From the NCBI RefSeq assembly GCF_009914755.1, contig NC_060931.1: a DNA stretch of 64,000 bases; one strand, written 5' to 3'. The stretch's first letter is position 1, and each line of letters begins with the position of its first letter. The translations under genes were made by a program, and so were the position numbers. Source of the DNA: the human T2T-CHM13v2.0 reference genome, Homo sapiens. The notes under the pieces were generated by a model. That model did not search any database. It saw nothing but the letters and a program-made list of their open reading frames with translations, and was not told where the DNA came from. Below, one piece after another: positions 47,901-64,000 of the stretch.

Positions 47901-50900
47901 ACATCACAAAGAAGTTTCTCAGAAAGCTTCTGTCTAGTTTTTATGTGAAGATACTCCCTTTCTCACCATAGACCTCAAAGTGCTCAAATATATCCCTTTG
48001 CAGATTCTGCATAAAGACTGTTTCCAAACTGCTCAATCAAAAGAAAAGTTCAAACCTGTGACATGAATGCACTCATCATAAAGCAGTTTCTCAGAAATCT
48101 TCTGTGTAGTTTTTATGTGAAGATATTTCCTTTTTCACCATAGGCTTCAAAACGCTCAAATTATCCATTTGCAGATACTATAAAAGACTGTTTCCAAACT
48201 GCTCAATGAAAAAAAAGGTTCAACTCTGTTAGGTGAAGGCACACATCACAAATAAGTTTTTCAGAAATCTTCCCTCTAGTTTTTATTTGAAGATATTTCA
48301 TTTTTCACTATATGTCTCTATTGGCTTACAAATATCCCCTTACAGATTCTACAAAAAGAAAGTTTCCAAACAGCTTAATCAAAAGAAAGGTTCAGCTCTG
48401 TGAGATGAAAGCAGAGATCATAAAGAAGTTTCTGAGAAAGCCTCTGTCTAGTTTTTATGTGAAGATATATCCTTTCTCACCACAGGCCTCAAACTGCTCA
48501 GAAATACACTTTGCAGATTCTACAAACAGACTGTTTCCAAACTGCTCAATGAAAAGAAAGGTTCAACTCTGTGAGACGAATGCACACATCACAAAGAAGT
48601 TTCTCAGAATGCTTCTGTCTATTTTTTATGTGAATATATTTCCTTTTCCACCATAGGCCTCAAAGTGCTCATAAATATCCCTTTGCAGGTTCTGCAAAAA
48701 GACTTTTTCCAAACTGTTCAATGAAAAAAAAGTTTCAACTCTGTGAGATGAATACACACATCAGAAATATGTTTCTTGGAAAGCTCCTGTCTAGTCTTTA
48801 TGTGAAGATATTTCCCTTTTTCACCATAGGCCTAAAAGCACTCATATACCCCTTGGCAGATTCTACAAAAAGACTGTTTCCATACTGCTCAATCAAAAGA
48901 AATGTTCAACTCTGTGAGATGAATGCACACATCAAAAAGATGTTTCTCAAAAAGATGTTTCTCAGAATGTTTCTCTCTAGTTTTTATGTGAAGATATTTC
49001 CTTTTTCACCATAGGCCTCAATCCACTCACAAATACCCTTTGCAGATTATAGAAACAGACTGTTTCCAAACGGCTCAATCAAAAGAAATGTTCAACTCTG
49101 TAAGATGAATGCATATATCATAAAGAAATTTGTCAGAAAACTTCTGTCCAGTTTTTATGTGACAATAGTTACTTTCTCACAATAGGCCTCAAAGCGCTCC
49201 AAGTGTCCATTCGCAAATTCTATAAAAAGACTGTTTCCAAACTGCTCAATCAAAACAAAGGTTCAAATCTGTGAAGTGAATGCACACATCACAGAGGAGT
49301 TTCTCAGAAATCTTCTGTGTAGTTTTAATGTGAAGTTATTTTGTTTTTCACCATATGCCTCAAAGCACTCCCAATATCAATTTGGAGATTTTACAAAAGG
49401 CTGTTTCCAAACTGCTCAATCAAAAGAGTGGTTCAACTCTGTGAGATGAAAGCAGATATCACAAAGAAGTTTGACAGAAAACTTCTGTCTAGTTTTTATG
49501 TGAAGATATTTCCTTTTTCACCATAGGCCTCAAAAGGCTCACAAATATCCTTTTGCAGATTCTAAAAAAAGACGGATTCCATACTGCTCAATCAAAAGAA
49601 ATTTTCAACTCTGTGACATAAATGCACACATCACAAAAAAGTTTCTCTGAATGCTTCTTTCTAGTTTTTATGTGAAGATCTTTCCTTATTCACCATAGTC
49701 CACAAATTGCTCCAAATATCTCTTTGCAGATTTTACAAAAAGACTGTTTCCAAACTTCTCAATGAAAACAAAGGTTCAACTCTGGGAGATGAATTCACAC
49801 TTCACAAAGAAGTTTCTCAGAATGCTTTTGTCTAGCTTTTATTTTAAGCAATTTCTTTTTTCACCATAGGTCTCAATGGGATCACAATTATCCCTTCACA
49901 GATTCTAGAAAAAGACTGTTTCCAAACTGCTAAATTAAAAGAAAGGTTCAACTCTGCAAAGTGAATGCACACACCACAAATTTGTTTCTCAGAATGCTTC
50001 TGTCTGGTTTTCATGTGAAGATATTTCGTTTTTCAACACAGGCCTCACAGTGCTCCAAATATCCACATGCATATTCTAAAAAAAGACTGTTTCCAAACTG
50101 CTCAATTAAAGAAAAGTTCAACTCTGTGAGATGAATGCACGGATCACAAAGAAGTATCTCAGAAAGCGTCTGTCTACTTTTTATGTGAAAATATTTCCTT
50201 TTTTACCAAAGGCCTAAAATCACTCACAAATACCCTTTTGCAGATTATACAAAAAGATTGTTTCCAAACCACTCAATCAGAAGAAATGTTCATGTCTGTG
50301 TGGATGAATGCCAACTTCATAAAGAAGTTTCTCAGAATGCTTCTGTCTAGTTTTTGTGTGAAGATATTTCCTTTTTCACCATAGGCCTCAAACTACTCAA
50401 AATTAGCCTTTGCAAATTCTACAAACAGACTGTTTCCAAACTTCTCAATCAAAAGAAAGGTTCAACTCTGTGAGATGAATGCACACATCACAAAGAAATT
50501 TCTTAGAAAGCTTCTGTCTAGTTTTTACGTGAAGATATTTCCTTTTTCATCATAGGCCTCAAAGCACTCACAAGTATCTCTTTGCAGATTCTACAAGAAC
50601 AGAGTTTCCAATCTGCTCAATGAAAAGCAACACTCACCACTGTGAGATGAATGCACACATCCCAAAGCAGTTTCCCAAATATATTCTGTCTAGCCTTTAT
50701 GTGAAGATATTTCATTTTTCACCATAGGCTGAAATGGGGCTCACAATAACCCTTTGCAGATTCTACAAAAAACAGTTTCCAAACTGCTCAGTGAAAAGAA
50801 ATGTTCAACTCTGTGTGATGAATTCACACATGACAAGGAAGTTTCTCAGAAATCTTCTGTCTAGTTTTTTTGTGAAGGTATTTCCTTTTTCACCTTTATA

Positions 50901-53900
50901 GGCCTCAAAGCACTCACAAGTATCCCTCTGTAGATTTTAAAAGAACAGAGTTTCTAATCTGCTCAATGAAAAGAAACGTTTACCTCTGTGAGATGAATGC
51001 CAACATCCCAAAGCAGTTTCTCAGAAAGCTTCTGTCTAGTATTTATATGAAGATATTTCCTTTTCCACCATAGGCCTGAAAGGGCCTGCAAATATCCTTT
51101 TGCACATTCTACAAAAAGACTGTTTCCAGACAGCTCAATCAAAGAAAGGTTCAACTCTGTGAGATGAATGCAGTCATCAAAAGGAAGATTATCAGAAAGC
51201 TTCTGTTTAGTTTTTATGTGAAGATATTTCCCTTTTCACCATTGGCCTCAACGTGCTTCCATATATCCCTTTGCAGATTCTACAAGAATAGAGTGTACAA
51301 TCTGCTCAATGAAAAGAAACCTTTACCTCTGTGAGATGAATGCACACATCACAAAGCAGCTTCTCAGAAAGCTTCTGTCTAATTTTTATGTGAAGCTATT
51401 TCCTATTTCACCATAGACCTCAAGAGGCTCACTAATATCCTTTGCAGATTCTACAAAAAGACTGTTTCCATACAGCTCAATCAAAAGTAAGGTTCAGATC
51501 TGTGAGAAGAATGCACACATCACAAAAAAGTTTCTCAGGAAACTTCTAACTAGTTTTTATGTGAAGATATTTACTTTTTCACAATAGGCCTCAATTGGCT
51601 CAAAAATGTCCATTTGCAGATTCTATAAAAAGACTGTTTCCAAACTGCTCAATCAAAAGAAAGGTTTAACTCGGTGAGATGAATGCACACATCACAAAGA
51701 AGTTTCTCAGAAAGCTTCTGTCTAGTTTTTATGTGAAGATATTTCCTTTTTCACCATAGGCCTCAAATGGCTCACAAATACACCTTGTCAGATTCTATAA
51801 AAACACTGTGCCAAACTGCTCAATCAAAAGAAAGTTTCAACTCCATGAGATGAACGCACACATCACAAAGAAGTTTCTCAGGAAGCTTCTGTCTCATTTC
51901 ATGTGAAGGCATTTCCTTTTATACCATAGGCCACAGAGCAAACACAAATATCCCATTGCAGATTCTACAAAGAGACTGCTTCCAAACTGCTCAATCAAAA
52001 GAAAGGTTCAACCATGTGAGATGCATGCACACATCAAAAAGAAGTTTCTCAGAATGCTTATGTCTAGTTTTTATGTGACCATATTTCCTTTTTCACCATA
52101 GCCCTCAAAGTGCTCACAAATATGATTTTGCAGATTCTAAGAGAACAGAGTACTCAATCTGCTTAATGAAAACAAACGTTTACATAGGTGAGATGAATGC
52201 ACTCATCAGAAAGCAGTTTCATGGAAACCTTCTCTCTAGCTTTTCTGTGAAGACATTTCTTTTTCACCATAGGCCTTAAAGGGATCACAAATATCCATTT
52301 ACAGATTCTACAAAACGACTGGTTCCAAACTGCTCCATCAAAAGAAAGGTTCAACTCTGGGACATGAATTCACACATAACAAAGAAGTTTCTCAGAAAGA
52401 TTCTGACTAGTTTTTATGTGAAGATGTTTCCTTTTTCACCATAGGCCAAAAGCACTCACAAATATCCCTTTGCAGATTCTACAAGAACAGAGTTTCCAAT
52501 CTGCTCAATGAAAAGAAACGTTTACATCTGTGAGATGAATGCACACATCACAGAGCAGTTTCTCAGAAACTTTCTGTCTAGTTTTTATGTGAAGATGTTT
52601 CCTTTTTCACAATAGGCCTAAAAGTTCTCACAAATATCCCTTTGCAGATTCTATAAAAAGACTGTTTCCAAACTGCTAAATTAAAACAAAAGTTCACCTC
52701 TATGAGATGAATGTACACATCACAGAGAAGTTTCTCAGAAAGCTTCTGTCTAGTTTTTATGTGAAGTTATTTCCTTTTTCTCAATAGGCATCAAACAGCT
52801 CACAACTATCCCTTTGCAGATTCTACAGAAAGACTGTTTCCTGATTGCTGAATGAAAAGAAAGTTTCAATTCTGTGAGATGAATGCACACATCACACGGA
52901 AGTTTCTCAGAAAGCATCTGTCTAGTTTTTATGTGAAGATTTTTCCCTTTTCAACAGAGGCCTCAAAGTGCTCACAAATATTTCTTTGCAGATTCTACAA
53001 AAACAGAGTTTCCAATCTGCTCAATGAAAAGAAATGTTTCATGATGTGAGATGAATGCATACTTCACAAAGCATCTTCTCAGAAAGCTTCTGTCTATTTT
53101 TTATGTGAAGATATTACATTTTACACCATAGGCCTCGAAGGGCTCACAAATATCCTTTTGCAGTCTCTACAAAAAGACTGGTTCCCAACTGCTGATTCAA
53201 AAGAAATGTTCAACTCTGTGAGATGAATGCACATATGACAAAGAAGATTCTCAGAAAGCTTCTACCTAGTTTTTATGTGAAGATATTTCCTTTTACACCA
53301 TGGGCCTCTAAGCACTCAGAAATATCCCATGGCAGATTCTACAAAAAGACTACTTCCAAACTGCTCACTAAAAAGAAAGTTTCACCTCTTTGAGATGAAT
53401 GGACCCATCAAAAAGAAGTTTCTCAAAAAGCTTCTGCTAGTTTTTATATGAAGATATTTCCTTTTTCACATGGGCCTCAAACCACTCACAAATATCCCTT
53501 TGCAGATTCTACAAAAAGACTGCTTCCGAACTGCTCAATAAATGGAAAAGTACAACTCTGTGAGATTAATACACACATCACAAAGTAGTTTCTCAGAATA
53601 GTTCTGTCTAGTTTTTATGTGATGATATATCCTTTTTCACCATAGGCCTCAAAGTGCTCAAAAATATCCCTTTGCAGATTCTGCAAAAAGACTGTTTCCA
53701 TACCTCTCAATGAAAAGAAAGCTTCAAATATGTGAGATGGATGCACACATCACAGATAAGTCTCTCAAAAAGCTTCTTTCTAGTTTTTATGTGAAGATAT
53801 TTCATTTTTCTCAATAGGACTCAAACTGCTCACAACTATCCCTTTGTAGATTCTACAGAAAGATGGTTTCCAAACTCCTCAATCAAAAGAAATGTTCCAT

Positions 53901-55157
53901 CCTGTGAGTTGAATGCACACATCACAGGGAAGTTTCTCAGAAAGCATCTGTTTAGTTATTATGTGAAGATGTTCCATTTTTCACTGGAGGCCTCAGGGTG
54001 CTCAAAAATATTCCTTTGCAGATTCTACAAGAACAGAGTTTCCAATCTGCTTAATGAAAAGAAACATTTACATCTGTGAGATGAATGCATACATCACAAA
54101 GCAGTTCCCCAGAACCATTCTGTCTAATTTTTATGTGAAGATATTTCCTATTTCACCATAGGACTCAAAGGGCTCACAAATATCCCTTTGAAAACCCTAC
54201 AAAAAGACTGGTTCCAAACTGCTCAATCAAATGAAAGTTTCAAATCTGTGAGATGAATGCACTCATCATAAAGAAGTTTTTCAAAAAGCTTCCATCTAGT
54301 TTTTATGTGGACTTATTTCCTTTTTCACCGTAGGCTTTAAACCTCTCACAAATATCCCATTGCAGATTCTACAAAAAGACTGTTTTCAAGCTGCACAATC
54401 AAAAGATAGTTTCACCTCTGTGAGATGAATACACACATCACAAAGAAGTTTCTCTGAAAGCTTCTGTCTGGTTTGTATGTGAGGATATTTCCTTTTTCTC
54501 CATAGGCCTCAAACAGCTCACGAGTATCCCTTTGCAGATTTTGCAAAAAGACTTTTTCCAAACTGATCAATCAAAATAAAGTTTCAACTCTGTTAGATGC
54601 ATGTGCACATCACAAAGAAGTTTCTCAGAAAGCTTATGTCCAATTTTTATGTGAAGATATTTCCTTTTTCACCATGGGCCTCAAACTGCACGAAACTATC
54701 CCTTTGCATATTCTAGGAAAAGATTGTTTCCAATCTGCTCAATCAAAAGAAAGGTTCACCTGTGTGAGATGAATGCACACATCACAAATAAGTTTCTCAG
54801 AAAGCTTCTGTCTAGTTTTTAGTTGAAGATATTTCCTTTTTCACCATAGGCCTCAAAGCACTCAGAAATATCCCTTTGCAGATTCTACAAGAACAGAGTT
54901 TCCAATATGCTCAATGAAATGAAATTTTTGTCTGTGAGATAAATGCACACATCACAAAGCATTTTCTCAGAAGCCTTCTGTGTAGTTTTTATGTGAAGAT
55001 ATTTCCTTTTTCACCATTGGCTTCAAAGGGCTCCCAAATATCCCTTTGCAGATTCTTCAAAAAGACTTTTTCCAAACTGCTCAATCAAAACATAGGTTCA
55101 ACACTGTGAGATGAATGAACAAATCACAAAGAGTTTTCCCAGAAAATTTCAGTCTAA
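35915..55157 (-). repeat. Monomeric alpha satellite, reverse orientation
   Basis: ~112 diverged monomers; includes a locally homogenised block at ~44.9-46.1 kb. Confidence 0.97.
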
Positions 55158-63242
<8,085 letters not shown>

Positions 63243-64000
63243 TCTTTCTATTTTTTATGTGAAGATATTTCCTTTTTCAACATAGGCCTTAATGCACTCC
63301 CAAATATCATTTTGCAGATTCTACAAAAAGATTTTTCCAAACTGCTCAATCAAAAGAATGGGTCAGCTCTGTGAGATGAATGCACACATCACAAAGTAGT
63401 TTCTCAGAAAGCTTCTGCCTATTTTTTATGTGAAGATATTTCCTTTTTCACCATAGTCCTCAAAGCTCTCACAAATATCCCTTTGCAGTTTCTCCAAGAA
63501 CAGAATTTCCAAACTCCTCAATGAAAGGAAATGTTTAGTTCTGTGAGAGGAACGACCACATCACAAAGCAGTTTCTCAGAAAGCTTCTTTCTAGTTTTCA
63601 TGTGAAGATATTTCCTTTTTCTCCATAGGCCTCAAAGGGCTCACAAATATCCCTTTGCAGACTCTACAAAAAGACTGGTTCCAAAGTGCTCAATGAAAAG
63701 AAAGTTTCAACTCTGTTAGATGAATGCACACATCACTAAGCAGTTTCTCAGATAGCTTCTGTCTTCTTTTTATGTGAAGATATTTCCTTTTTCACCATAG
63801 ACCTCAACGTATACCTAATACCCCTTTCCAGATACTACAAAAAGACTGTTTCCAAACTCCTCCACCAAAAGAATGGTTCAACTCGGTGAGAGAAAAGAAC
63901 ACATCAAAAAGTAGTTTCTCAGAATGCTTCTGTCTAGTTTTTATGTGAAGATATTCCCTTTTCCGGCATAGGCCTCAAAGCACTCCAAATATCCACTTGC
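63243..64000 (-). repeat. Monomeric alpha satellite, continues past the window end
   Basis: ~4.5 monomers in reverse orientation. Confidence 0.97.

Overview
This is primate pericentromeric heterochromatin, almost certainly human because it contains an AluYb8. About 88% of the window is diverged monomeric alpha satellite (~171-bp units). Monomers carry the pJalpha-type box (CTATGGTGAAAAAGGAA), and I found no CENP-B box, so this looks like an old inactive layer rather than an active higher-order array. A ~16.9-kb block (1714-18640) is inverted relative to the rest. The array is interrupted by three L1 fragments: a 5'-inverted L1PA2-like 3' end at the window start, a doubly truncated L1PA3-like copy carrying a nested AluY, and a 5'-truncated L1PA4-like copy. 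There are also two antisense Alus (AluYb8 and an older AluY). There are no intact protein-coding genes; the ORF track is satellite read-through plus L1/Alu remnants. I found no new enzymatic or genic system. The most unusual signal is that the two neighbouring L1s share at least 6 non-consensus substitutions, including the RT-inactivating FADD>FADN, while differing at subfamily-diagnostic sites and sitting at different target sites. There are also several templated micro-insertions and tracts of local homogenisation. Subfamily calls rest on consensus sequences recalled from memory and need confirming by alignment.
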